Part shown: piece after piece, positions 51,536 through 64,000 of the stretch
How the letters are laid out: each line of letters opens with the position of its first letter
How positions within the stretch are numbered: the first letter of the stretch is position 1
Assembly (NCBI GenBank): GCA_949358305.1
Contig: OX442314.1
Location: 8,308,001-8,372,000 of the forward strand
DNA length: 64,000 nt
From: Strigamia acuminata
Taxonomy: Eukaryota
Direction of reading: 5' to 3'
Program-made: the position numbers and the translations under genes
Notes under the pieces: generated by a model
Databases searched by the model: none
What the model was told of the DNA's origin: nothing
Seen by the model: only the letters and a program-made list of their open reading frames with translations

Positions 51536-53049
51536 CCTCTTCTTTGTTTATATGGCAAGTCCGTCTGCCATTCAACTTTAAACAAGTTACCTGCAGTTTC
51601 CTCAAATGCAAGGCAGAATCCGTCAAAAATTCACCCCCTGACATGGCTGATAAACCGGATACCAATCCCAATGGAATTTTTGTATTGTTTTGCCAATAAA
51701 ACTGACAAGGAATGTTCCTCAAATTTAACGGATGATAGATACCTTTGACTGGGATTGGGCCTATTACCCATTGGCCGAGCCTTTTCACTTGTGTAGTGAT
51801 ACCAAAAAATAGATCAAAACACTGGCTGACATTTTAAATGCTTTCCAGGCAAAACAACCAATATAAAAATAAGAAAACTGTTTGCTTTCCTGACAAAGCA
51901 GGCAATAAACTGAATAAACATTTTCTTATAAAATATACGGAGTAAATAAAATTACATCATTCCAATTATTTAAATAATCAAACAAATTAAAACAAAACTG
52001 AACTACTTTTCCTGATGGTAGCACACAGTGAGTAATTAAGCTCAGTCAATGGCTAATAAGCCCAACTTATCGTGAGCCAGAGTATAGTAAAAAATAATCC
52101 TAGTCAAACATAATCCTAGTCGAAAAAATTCCTGGTTGAACATAATCCTACTATACTCTGAACTGATTCAACGTTGACCTAATTCCAGCTGTATTATGCC
52201 TCACTGTGAAGTGTGCTCTACTATACGGAAAAGTAGTTCTGTGTCAAAGCATCAACTTTGACAATGAAACAAATGTTGGTAATCGATCACAATGACTGGA
52301 GTTCGATTACAATTCTGGTGTTTTGGGCTACTTTTTTTTGCCACTACACCAGTGATACGGCTGGAAATAGGACAACTTTGTATAGTCGAAAATAATCCTA
52401 GTAAAAAATAATCCTAGTCTGGTTTAGAAGATTACTGGTCAATAAAATTACCAGTAAAAAATAATCTGGTCAAAAATAATCCAGTCCGAAACGATCTAAT
52501 CGTCCAGTAGACTGGACATTTTGCCTTTGATAAACTTCGATGACATTAATTGAAACGGGAACCAGGTTGATTGCTACAGGACTTCCCATCAACGTTTTTT
52601 ATTTGAATCAATCGTCTCCTACAAATGTGATAGAGACACCATCTGTCGTTTGAATCTTCCAACTTTTTAAAGCAAATATCAGAGCACTATGACATTTTGT
52701 TGGATTTGGACACTCCACCATTTGGTCTGCCGGCTGGTGTGGTTTTTGTTGCATTTTGGCTACAGCTGGTGGTATAATATCAGACAAGATTGTTTCCTTC
52801 TTAAACAATGAAACACTGCCAGATGTAAAGTCCTGTAGTAATCGTCATAATAGACTGGACATACCGACAGTGCCCGGTTATTCCAGCAGTAAATTTTATT
52901 TCCGCAGACTTAACGCTCCATTTGGAGAACACGCACGACTAGAACATTTCTGCTTACAGGATAGTTTTCTTGGCACAAAGAATCAGGGGCGGATGTAGCC
53001 TGAATAGTGTGTAGATAGACTAACAGAAAAACTTCATTTTGAAGACCGT

Positions 53050-53460
53050 AAATTCACTTTTGAACGGTAAATTCACTTTTTGAAACCAAAAATTCACTTT
53101 TTGAAACCAAAAATTCACTTTTTGAAACCAAAAATTCACTTTTTGAAACCAAAAATTCACTTTTTGAAACCAAAAATTCACTTTTTGAAACCAAAAATTC
53201 ACTTTTTGAAACCAAAAATTCACTTTTTGAAACCAAAAATTCACTTTTTGAAACCAAAAATTCACTTTTTGAAACCAAAAATTCACTTTTTGAAACCAAA
53301 AATTCACTTTTTTTAACCAAAAATTCACTTTTTTAACCAAAAATTCATTTTTCAACCAAAAATTCGCTTTTTCAACCAAAAATTCGCTTTTTCAACCAAA
53401 AATTCACTTTTTAAACCAGAAATTCACTTTTTCAACAAAAATTCACTTTTATCAACCAAA
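53050..53460. repeat. 21-bp minisatellite
   Basis: Tandem AAAATTCACTTTTTGAAACCA. Confidence 0.95.
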
Positions 53461-54519
53461 AAATCATATTTATATCCCAAAAAATTTATTTAAGGCCAAA
53501 ACCCATCATACCTTGACCAAAAACATTCAAATTCTATGCAGACCAATAAAAAATTAAACCAAACATGACCACCCGCCTACAAATTTTCTCTCTCCACCCC
53601 CGCAAACTGCCCTGGTTAGATTGGACTACCAAGGTATTTTCCCCAGTCAGCATCTGTTGCCAAAAATAAAACTACTTCCACTAGTTCCAACAATCAGTTA
53701 GCAACCTCAAATTCCCTTCACCATCCTCAGAATAGCAAACCAGCATGTACACAGAATTTAAAACCACTCAAAACAACTAAATTAAGCAAAACCCACAAAA
53801 TAAAAAATCCATACCCTAAAAAATTCATTCAAATTACATACAATGTGAAATTTATTCACTTTTTTTCCCTCATTCTAATCCAAACAGTCCAAATTCCACC
53901 TTTCTCACAAGATATTTTATTCAAGGTGAGAAAGGGGACCCCAACTCTTAAAAGCAAAAACTTGTAGTAATTTAAACCCTAACGGCGCACCAAACTGTCT
54001 CCAAAGTGAGATAATTTTCGCACAAATCTTCACCGTGCTAAGCAGGGTCAGGGAATTGTACTAGATGATGATGCCCCCTATGGGATCCGAGTGATCAGGG
54101 TCTCACAACCGAAGCTGCAAGCAGTTGCAGGGCAGCCTCACTTTCGCGCCAAAGGGAGGCGCTCCTGTTATGCCACACATCTATGCCTCAAATTGGATCC
54201 GACCAACAAGACCAAGTCAGCATACAAAACTAATTAACAAGACATTTTTGCAAAAATTAAAAAAAAAAAATCCTTTCTCATCACTGAAAACAGTGACAAA
54301 TTAAGCACATGCTTACAAGAATGCAATATATTTTGTCGACAAATATGCACGTCATTAATTTTTCGCTAGGACTGCATTACGGCTTTACAACGGGCAGAGC
54401 CGACGTTTTGGCTTTCTCAGACCGCATTGGAATAAGAGGAATTGTCTTGGACCACACAAAATACACTAACACTAACGATGTTTTTCTCGATATACACCAC
54501 CACAGATAAGCAAATAATA

Positions 54520-54764
54520 CCATGTTTTACCGATTAAGAGTCGCCCTCGAATAGAAGCCGCGACTGAAACACCAAGAATACCGTATTTTTGCAAAAGTAC
54601 GGTATTGTTTCCGTATTTAACCTCACGAACGATGAATGTTCGTGACGTTCAGACTTCGTTTGTTACGTTAAACAAATGTAACAAACAAAAAACCGAAATT
54701 GTAATTGCTGACCAAAATGGCAGTTTTGAATAAGAGCCGCGGCTCTTAATCGATAAAATGCGGT
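54520..54764. mobile_element. TA-flanked Tc1/mariner-type MITE, with a second copy inverted at ~56749-56978
   Basis: TIR-like CCATGTTTTACCGATTAAGAG / CTCTTAATCGATAAAATGCGG. The internal sequence recurs as the reverse complement 2 kb downstream. Confidence 0.7.
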
Positions 54765-55149
54765 AATCCTAATTTTAATGCTATTTGCTGTTCAAAGAAA
54801 AAACCTCTTAATTTTTTGAGTGTGCTGGACAAATTTGATCTAGAAAGAGACCCATGGAAATTCTGAAGTTACATGTCAAAGTGTTATGTAAGGAAAGGAA
54901 TGAAGATCGAGGGGCATGGGGCATTAATAAGAGGAGGATGCTCCATTTCCCTCCCAACAGCCTTGATATCAAGGCCCTGCAGATAGAGTTTGATGTACAG
55001 ATATGCAAATTTGATAATATCGTCAATATCAATTAACGGGAAGTGAACATCGACGGATACCAATATCTGGGCCAAGGGATGTGATGTTTAGCTATATCTT
55101 GGGCAAAATGCCGAATTTCGTCAGAACTTCATTTTTTGTATCAGAGTTT

Positions 55150-55405
55150 TATTTTTTGGACCAGAAATTCAGTTTTTGGACCAGAAATTAAGTTTTTGGA
55201 CCATAAATTTACTATTAGGACCATAAATTTAATTTTTGGACCATAAATTTAATTTTTGGACCATAAATTTAATTTTTGGACCATAAATTTAATTTTTGGA
55301 CCATAAATTTAATTTTTGAACCAGAAATTTAATTTTTGGACCAGAAATTTAATTTTTGGACCAGAAATTCAGTTTATGGATTACAAATTCAGCTTTTGGA
55401 CCACA
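55150..55405. repeat. 20-bp minisatellite
   Basis: Tandem CCATAAATTTAATTTTTGGA. Confidence 0.9.
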
Positions 55406-55795
55406 AAATCATTCTTTAAACAAAAATGCTTAACTAGGCCATAAACATTCTTATTTAGACCCTAAAAATTCTTATTATGCCCTAAACTTGAGACCAAAAA
55501 AAATCATTTTTTCGCCAAAAACCATTAATTTTTGGTCAAAAACTACCAACTTTGTACAAAAAAAATTAAACTTTTATTAAACTTTTGTCCAAAAATATTC
55601 AAATTTTGTGTGTGAAAAATTGAACCAAAACAGCCACCTGCTTGTACGTTTTCTGAATCAGCCCCTACCAATTTCTGAAATATCTATCTAAGCAACAACA
55701 TGTAATGTGAAACTTCCGTTCTAAAACAAACGTGCAACATTGCAAAACAGAAACATAGACAATACATAAACATCGAAAAACCATCTTCAACTTAA

Positions 55796-56712
55796 CCCTC
55801 GGAGGCATAAAAGTAAAATGTGCCGTTCTGGTATAAGGCATTACGGATTCATGGACAATTTTCAGGTCAATTAGTTAAAGCACCGTTCCAATTTTTGAAA
55901 GTTTGCAACTAATTTTATAGAGGGAACTAGTTATGAACAGTGAAAAAATATTTTTTTTTACCAACTAGTGGTTGGTTTAAACAATACTGATAAATGCAAA
56001 AAGTTGTTAACTGAAGCGCTGTTTCTTAGGCAGCAAAGCCAGCATAATAATTTTGCTGGAGTTGTAAGGGGCACAAAATTTGCATTTAGCATAATTAATT
56101 ACCGCATATACCCGGGTATAAGCCGAGAAATGTATTTCAAATTTCGGACTTCTGATTGGGGGGGGAGGGATCGGCTTATACACGCACATTCCAAAAAAAA
56201 AATGTAACGTACGTGCTGCGTTAGTTACATTTCTATTGTATATAAGACCAGCCATCCAACAATCAGTCAATTTCCACAATTTTCGACCAAATTGTAGTCA
56301 ATTTCATCAATTTTCGACCAAATTGTAGTCAATTTCATCAATTTTTTACTAAATTGTAGTCAATTCCATCAATTTTTGACTAAATTGTAGTCAATTTCAT
56401 TAATTTTTGACTAAATTTCACAACATTTTGACGTACTCGGCTTATACGTGCATACACCATTTTTTAGCATTTTTTAACCTCAGAATGGGGGGGAGTCAGC
56501 TTATACATGGGTGGGCTTATACATGGGTGGGCTTACACCCGGGTATTTACAGTAAATAAATGACCAATGATTTAAAATTTCACCTGAGTTAAGGTTCAGT
56601 ATGATATAAACAAAATCACAAATTTTCAGCAAAAAAAATGAATACGAAAAAAAATTTTCTTATTCAAGAAAGAGCTTGTCCGTAAATCCGTATAGCCTTA
56701 TGCCTCCAAGGG
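55796..56712 (+). mobile_element. piggyBac-type MITE with a nested TA-flanked MITE (56102-56552)
   Basis: TTAA|CCCTCGGAGGCATAA...TTATGCCTCCAAGGG|TTAA. The nested element has TIRs CCGCATATACCCGGGTATAAGCC / GGCTTACACCCGGGTATTTACAG. Confidence 0.85.
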
Positions 56713-57626
56713 TTAAACTCCTCACTTACCCATAGCCGACCACTATTACCTTATTTTATCGATTAAGAGCCGCGGCTATTATTCAAAACTGCCATTTTTG
56801 TCAGCAATTACAATTTCAATTTTTCGATTCTTACATTTGTTTAATGTAACAAACAAAGTCTGAACGTCACAAACAAAGCGTTCGTTCATCGTTCATGGGG
56901 TTAAATACCGGTGCGAAAACAATACCGTATTCGAGGACGGCTACAATTCGAGGGCGACTCTTAATCGGTAATATACAGTAATCTAAAAACATGCTTTTAA
57001 AAAAAATTAATAAATACATAAAAAATTGAAGAGAAAAATGAAAAACTCAATTTATTTATAAATTTATTGATTTCTTTCTATTTTCAATCCCACATTGATC
57101 TCAAAAGCAATAAACATGGGTTTATTTATAACTCCGTCCATTGTTCTGCCAGCACGGTCCAAATTCACCGATCGAAACTCACAATTCCCCGCAAATTCGC
57201 AGCCATCCAATTCCTTCATGTGACTACACTCCTTTAATAATAAATTCATTAAAGCATTAATAATTCCCCTAACTTCATCCAAATATCCAGCAACGACACC
57301 TGGCGACAATGTTCCATTTAATACACACAAAAAAAACAGCCATTTTACCGTCAACTTATCTACAGTTTCACTCGGTTAAGGCAACAGATGGATTTATGTT
57401 ACGAAAATAGACAGAACAAGTCTCCCTTCAATCAAACGTGCGCTGCACCGAAGCACCACTGGCATCTCGCAGGGGGTGCTTTATTTTTACATCCAACATC
57501 AACCGAAAAGGAGAAAAACATCAGTTTCGTTACCGGTTTAATAAAAATAAAAATAACGGCTCGTATCCGGTGCAGTTCCAGCTAAAATTTATAGCTTTTT
57601 ACCTATTTTACGGTTTCCGGTTCATC

Positions 57627-57846
57627 AAAAATGGGCATTTTCATCATTGAAACGATTTTAATAAACGGCATAAACCAAAACTTTGAACGCACCCATTGTA
57701 TTTCTGAGTTAGCTGTACTACGGTTTTCACAGTAACTTACCATAGTACAGCTAACCCAGAAATACAATGGGTGCGTTCAAAGTTTTGGTTTATACCGTTT
57801 ATGCCGTTTATTAAAACCGTTTCAATGATGAAAATGCCCATTTTTG
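57627..57846. repeat. ~220-bp palindrome
   Basis: Arms of ~95 bp (AAAAATGGGCATTTTCATCATTGAAACG...AGCTGTACTA) inverted around ~57730, with a small duplication in the right arm. Confidence 0.85.
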
Positions 57847-59304
57847 ACAAAAAACGGCCATTTTTACCATGAAAAACGACTAAACAAGCCATTTTTGACA
57901 AAAAACGGCCATTTTTAGCCATTTTTGACAAAAAACGGCCATTTTTAGCCGTTTTTGTCGCCTGACCTTTTTTAGTCCCGGGAGTACCGATTTCCCCGAA
58001 GTACTAGCCATTTTAGTACCGAGAACCGAGAATTAAAAAAAGGCGGGAAAACAGAAACCCTAAAATTGTGGTTGCGGCTCCTTATTTAAACATAATTTAG
58101 CATTTACTCACATTTTGGGAGGTGGATGCTTCACCTGAAAGTGTTTGTGACATTTGAAAGTCTGATCTGTCGATCTAACGTTCGAGGCGGCCATTTTAAA
58201 TTTGGTTATAAAACTTCAAGCACTTTAAATATATTGTTTAAAATGCTGGTTAGTCTAAACGACTTTATGAATGCGTCTTCTGAAGTAGACGATGGAAGCC
58301 GCCATTTTGAAATCGTATTTTGATGCATCCACCTCAAAGCGTCTTTGAGGAATGAATATTTTATTGTCACTTGTGTTGGGATCATGCTTTTGGTGTGTTA
58401 GCTATAAAAATTTGAGTGGCTGCAACCTGTTGTTGTTTGTATATTGAAATACACCTCGGACGTATAAAAGCTGCATAAATGTGTCAAGACAGAAGTTGGT
58501 TGCATAAATATGTCATTCAAAATGGAGGAAAACATTGGAAGACAGTTGAGGTATGTTATTTAAAATTTATTTCAATAAAACATCCAAAAGAACCGAAAAA
58601 ATAAACAGAAAATCCATCAAAACCATCCAAAAATACTAAAAACACCAAAAATGCACAAAAATCCTTCATAAACTTTTCTAAACAATCCAAAAACTACCAA
58701 AGAGAACAAAAAATCACTACAAACCATTCAAAACTCACCCAAAAACACGAAAAATTCACCTAAAACACTAAAAATCCACTGTAAACCATCCAAAACCACC
58801 AAAAACCCACTAAAAACCCAACAAAAACCATCCAAAAATTAAAAAAAAAATTCACCATAAAACAAAAAGACCAAAAAAAAACAACAAATTCACCAAAATC
58901 AACTATAAACCAACCAAAACCACCAAAATCCACTATAAACCAACCAAAACCACCAAAAGACCCCCAAAAACAAAAACAAACTCACCATAAATTTAAAAAA
59001 ATCCACCCAAACACCAAAAATCCCCAACAATCCATTCAAAACCACCAAAAAACATCCAAAAATCCACCTAAAACCACCACAACCTATTCAAAAACACAAA
59101 CAAATTCACTATTAACCACCCAAAACCCGAAAAAAATCCACCAAAACTCACCCAAGCCCCACCAAAAACGACCAAAACCCAAAACCAAAACTTACAAATT
59201 CAAATCTTCCAACATGGCGATAAACAGCGCCCGCCATCTTAAATCACGTGCACCAATCAAAAGCCCCCAATAGCCCTCACCTTTGCCTCTCCCCTTCGCC
59301 TTAC

Positions 59305-59400
59305 CTTTTTATACACGATGTGATTGGGTGTTTCGTCCGCGCCCGCCGACGCCTGCCCGTTATTCGTCTCGTTCTTCTTCCTATGGTGCGAACTCGCCAT
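59305..59400 (-). CDS. RGS7: First coding exon of an R7-family regulator of G-protein signaling (RGS6/RGS7/EGL-10-like)
   Basis: MASSHHRKKNETNNGQASAGADETPNHIVYKK followed by a phase-0 GTAAGG donor. It resembles the RGS7 N-terminus as I recall it (ADESPNMLVYRK). A GC-rich 5' region extends to ~59950. Confidence 0.75.
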
Positions 59401-61207
59401 GGTGCAGTTGATCGTTAGGTTGCGGGAGGTGAGGCTGACCCCAGCACCTCGCTTGTTATTCGCATTTGGAGCGGACCTGCCCGCCAAGTTGCTCAGGGCC
59501 TTGTATTTCATTCACGAGTACAGTGGCATGCCCCAAATTTCCGCACTGTCTTCACTTAATCCATCCCACACAATAAAAACTGACAAACAAGTGACGAAAG
59601 CCAATAAAAAGAAGCGAAAACAGCCGCCGAAATCACCGACTCGACTCAATGTGCACGATCGATTCCCAATGGCCGCGTGTCGAGTCGAGTGCGAGTGCGA
59701 GCGCCGTCATAGCCGTCAGTCGGGCATCGCGCGGGCCGTGGCGATTCTTGTTGGCTGTGGTCCGGTGGGTCGTGGTATGTGTGCGACTCGGGTCCTGGCT
59801 TAATGAGCGAGTCAAAATGGGAGAGGAAGAGAGAGCGGCAGACTCCGATACGCCATGCTCGTTTCTCGCGAAGCGAACAAACACAACAACAACACACGAT
59901 AGAGGGCGTGATGACGTCATTTTTTGGCGTCTATTTAATCGACGGGGTGCGATCGATCGGGGTTTTGCGGGTGGTTGCGTCTGGTTTGATCGATTTGGAG
60001 TTTTTATTATTTTTTTTTTTTGAAATTGGTTTTGTTGGGGGTTAAAATAAATTTTTAAGGAATTATGGAAATGTTTTGTGTTTTTATTGGGTTGTTGGTT
60101 TTGGAGTTTTTAGATAGGATACTAGATGGCGCTAAAGACTAGAATAGGTTAGGGGTTTAACGCCAGCTTGTGGTGGATTGATAAAGTGGAGAAATTTAGT
60201 TGTTTTTTTGGTCGATAGATGTCGTTAATGGTGATTTTTGTTGAATTTTAAATGGGTAAAAAGATTTTTTTAAATATCAATACCCATTTTGTTTATTTAA
60301 ATAATTTTTCCATTTTTAGTTGTGTTTTTTCACACTATTAAAAATGGCTGCCACAAATGACAAATCTAAATTATTTTCATATTGCAAAATACTTTATTTT
60401 AAAACAAAAAAATATGAATTTACAAAAGATAAATTCATCGAGAATTTTGTAGAATAAAATAAATAAAAATAAATAAATTTCATAACTGTTTTACTTCCAT
60501 TTTTGACCACAAGAAGGCAGCACTAGCTGATATCATTCCACAAGTGAAATGTGATATTGAGATCTCTTTTTATTTTTTATTTTTTACATTTCTTTCATTT
60601 TATGAATTGAAAAAGTAAAATGAAAAACATAAAAACCAAAATTGGAAAATCTTTAACGACACGATGAGTAGAAAACTCAAAAAAACACGACAGAAAGACT
60701 GGAATGGAAAATCGATAAATTTACGGAGGTTATAAACTCCAGAGCTACACTTTCCTTGTTTATGCTTTTGAATATTTCTTTATTCATATTGACACTGCTT
60801 TACCACACATGAATAAAACATCCAAAAACAAAATACACGACCATAAACTTGCGAAAAATTAATAATGTTGTTTTAAACTGAATTTTTCAAATTTTGAAAT
60901 GCATCCATCGATTTTTCAGCTTGAAGATAAAAAAATAAAAATAAAAAAATTCTTCTCAAAGGTCAAAGAAACAAAAACCCACAATAAACTGTAGTGTAAA
61001 AAGTTTTATATTAAAAGTTTAATTACATTTTTTCGTGCCTTGAATAAATAATTTCTCACTAATTGCACAACTTGGCGCTTTACACCGCAGATAATTTCGA
61101 AAGAATTAATTGGTTTAAGCCACCAAAGTGTTAATTTAATTAAATAAAATCTTTTCTGAAGCTTAACCAATGAAAATCACGATGTTTATAACTATTTTAT
61201 TTTGTTA

Positions 61208-61466
61208 GCCAATCAGGAAGAAGATAATTATTCGTCTACGCCAATCAGAATTCAAATAAATAGAAATTCCCCCAATCAGAATTCAAATAAATAGAAATTC
61301 TTCCAATCAGAATTCAAATACATATAAATATTTCCAATCAGAATTCGTATAAATATAAATTCCTCCAATCAGAATTCAAATAAATATAAATTCCTCCAAT
61401 CAGAATTCAAATAAATATAAATTTCTCCAATAAGAATTTAAATAAATATAAATTCCTCCAATCAGA
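61208..61466. repeat. ~31-bp tandem repeat with CCAATCAG in almost every unit
   Basis: About 8-9 copies of CCAATCAGAATTCAAATAAATATAAATTCCT and variants. Confidence 0.85.
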
Positions 61467-62403
61467 TCAATTCTATGGATTTTCTTTGCAAAAAATTATT
61501 TATTTTGATCCCCAAAGATTAATAAAAACATTTTTCCCTGCTTTGGATACCATCATTCTAAATCTCCATGAAATAAATCACGACAAAATATTTTTCGCCG
61601 GCCATTTTGCACGCGTCGTTTGTGTGTGGCAAAGGTTATGCGGCAGCGATGCACGAAACAGCTTCCCATTTTCAATCTTTTCAGAGTTTTATGAAAGCAT
61701 TTTAAACTTCCACAATTCAAATAATGCCTTGCAAGTGCCATTAACTTTTAATTAATTTTTAGAGTCGCCATTAAGCGAGCAAAAACCCATAAAAAAATTT
61801 TTCTTTTTTTTAAAAAAAAAAAACTCGCACATAAAGCTATCAACAAAATTATTATTTGTGTTTTTAACAAGTAGTTGGAGCCAAATATGCTGATTTAAAT
61901 TACTATCAAGCCAATTTAACGGTCACTAGAGCACAAAAACAACCCATTTCCTACATATGACGTCACATTTTAATCGACAAATGACGAAACTAACCAACCA
62001 TCTGCAGGATAACAATAACATTCCCTTTAATCTCCAAAATTCAAAACAAAATTTCTATAGAAAAAGGAAACTAGGAAAATAAACGCACAACAGGAAATGA
62101 TTTAATCGTGAAATAAAACCAGAGATATTTCCGCATCAATTTTTTACAAAGAAATTACACAATTTTTCATAACAAATAAATAATGCAAGCAAATTATTCG
62201 TTCAGTTCTTAACGCATCTTGTGCGTGCACCATCCACCGCGCATGAGCAGTGCTTTAGCCCGCCTGAACGAGGACGGCGCGCCGGCGCTACGAGGCACCA
62301 CAAGTCGCACGTTTGTCCGTGCAAATACACCATAAGGATTAAGTGCACATGGCTCGTGGTTTGAGCAGCTAACAGCGCAGTTTGTTCACTAGTGCCTTTG
62401 TCG

Positions 62404-62630
62404 ATGGGCTGCTCTTTCGTCAAACAGTCGAATGAGGCAGGGGAGGAAGGGCGCAGTGCTAAATCATCCGCCGGGAAAAGCGGAGCTGCCAATGCCGTCG
62501 ACACTCCCGCAGCGCCGGCTCCGGTCGATCCACGACTCCCGCTCAATGCACGACAGCTTTTCCAGATCGGGAAGTCCTGGAAAGGGATTAGTAGAGCCAT
62601 GGAGTACACTGGGGTCAATATGTTTATCAA
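62404..62630 (+). CDS. First coding exon of an N-terminally acylated globin (globin X / GbX-like)
   Basis: MGCSFVKQ...DPRLPLNARQLFQIGKSWKGISRAMEYTGVNMFIK. It has an MGC acylation motif, A-helix SW, B-helix G-x-x-MF, and a phase-2 donor AA|GTAAGT at the conserved globin B12.2 position. The remaining exons were not found in the window. Confidence 0.88.
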
Positions 62631-64000
62631 GTAAGTCGTTTGTTTTCTTTTATCGATTTTTTTTTATGGTTGAAAAAAAAATCGATTTTTTTATTGTTCT
62701 CGGTAGTTTTCGATATTTTTTTTTTCGATTTTTTTTCGTTTTGCTTCATTGATGGAAAAAAATCGATTTGAAAAAAAAATTAAAAAATCGATTTACAATT
62801 TTTTTTAAACATCGATTTAAAAAATCGACTAATTTCTTCATTCAACAAAAAAATCCTGAAAAAACCAAAAACAAAAAAAAAAAAAAAATCCTGAAAAAAT
62901 ATTGTAAAAAAAAATCGATTTTTGTTTTTATTTAAATCGATACAAAAATCGACTATATATTTCATCTTTTCTCCTCAAATTTCAATTCGATTTCCAACTC
63001 GATTCTCCGGAATCGATTTTTCTAAGTAGGCAGTATAATAACAAGCAACTCTTAACCTAATTTCAAAAGCGCACGAAAATAAAGATAACAATCGATATTT
63101 GAAAAGCCAGCAGAAATTAAAGACAAACAAACACTTGCTTAGTAATTAATTATGATGATAAAAATACATTATCACAAAACCTTGAAACCGAACCTTACTA
63201 TCAATGGAAAGCTTCAATTAATTGAGGAAATTATGTAACTTGGAACCAAATTAATTCTCCACAACACAAACACACACACATGTGACAAATTCAAATATAG
63301 AAGATGCAAAAAAAAAATCATTCCAGATTTCATTCAGCCTTGACATTCCTCCAGATATTTAAAGACACTTCCAACTTTAACTCTGAAAAAATGGCAGTTG
63401 AGGCCAATAAGCATTTGAAAACATAGAGCCAAATCGATTGCCCTCACAAACATTTCTCCAAAACTAGTGTGGTGTCTTCGCTTCCAGTTTATTGAGTTTA
63501 TCTAAATTTCTACCACATAGTGTACAATTGTGACTGGACAGACGCCGTTAATAGAAATTGACACAAGAGATTGGATTCAGGGGTTTACGGCCTTTATTTA
63601 GTGTCTAGGGGTCAGTATCTTATGTCTTTACCCATTGCTTGCCGCTTTAAACGGCATGCCACTACAGCGAGGGTTCAACAAAATTGCTGGTAAATCTGGT
63701 TTATAAGGCATTTTTACAAGCATTTTAGTGGAATTTCTAATAAGTGATATTTCCAAAAGTTGGTACTTTTACTAACAGCGGAATGCCGCATAAGGTAGGG
63801 TACCTTGCGGTTAGGGTTAAACAGCGTGGTCTGATTGCGTTGTTTAATTATGTGTTTCTGAACAATTTCTTTGATCCAAAAGCAATTTCTGGCTCATAAC
63901 CGACCATGCTGTCCATGGTTAAGTCTACCCAGGTAAAAAAAATCTGCAGAATTCTGCAGAAAATTTGCCAGCAGAAAAAATTCTGCAGAAAATCTTTTTT

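Noticed and set aside
53930..54230. GC-richer tract with small hairpins as a ribozyme
   Set aside because: I could not build a hammerhead core (CTGANGA...GAAA) or an HDV-like pseudoknot. It is more likely a retroelement UTR fragment.
58560..59200. Strongly A/C-skewed tract as a coding or functional repeat
   Set aside because: Low-complexity sequence at the start of the intron, with no periodic unit or ORF.
59324..60045. Overlapping 80-160 aa ORFs near the RGS start
   Set aside because: Expected in a GC-rich promoter or 5' UTR. There are no recognisable domains.

Overview
AT-rich, repeat-dense eukaryotic DNA, probably from an arthropod or similar invertebrate (GT-AG introns, no bacterial features). 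The main feature is an intact, apparently very young 12.3-kb Ty3/gypsy LTR retrotransposon (9563-21899). It has 959-bp LTRs that look identical, a 4-bp ATGT target-site duplication (TSD), a tRNA-Pro primer-binding site, a very large Gag, and pol reached by a -1 frameshift. Where env would normally sit, it carries a third gene: an intron-containing, non-env ORF of about 789 aa that I cannot assign to any family, preceded by promoter-like motifs. The LTR U3 region is a chain of about 8 back-to-back hairpins. Host genes are the first coding exon of an R7-family RGS gene (RGS6/7-like, minus strand, 59305-59400), the first coding exon of an N-acylated globin (globin X-like, plus strand, 62404-62630) lying head-to-head with it, and a small two-exon secreted CS-alpha-beta defensin/toxin-like gene (46611-46868) that the ORF track misses. 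I found no further RGS exon, so 1-59304 may all be one giant intron. The rest is MITEs (hAT, piggyBac, Kolobok-like, Tc1/mariner-like), long palindromes, LINE and SINE relics, and minisatellites. All calls were made by eye with no database searches.
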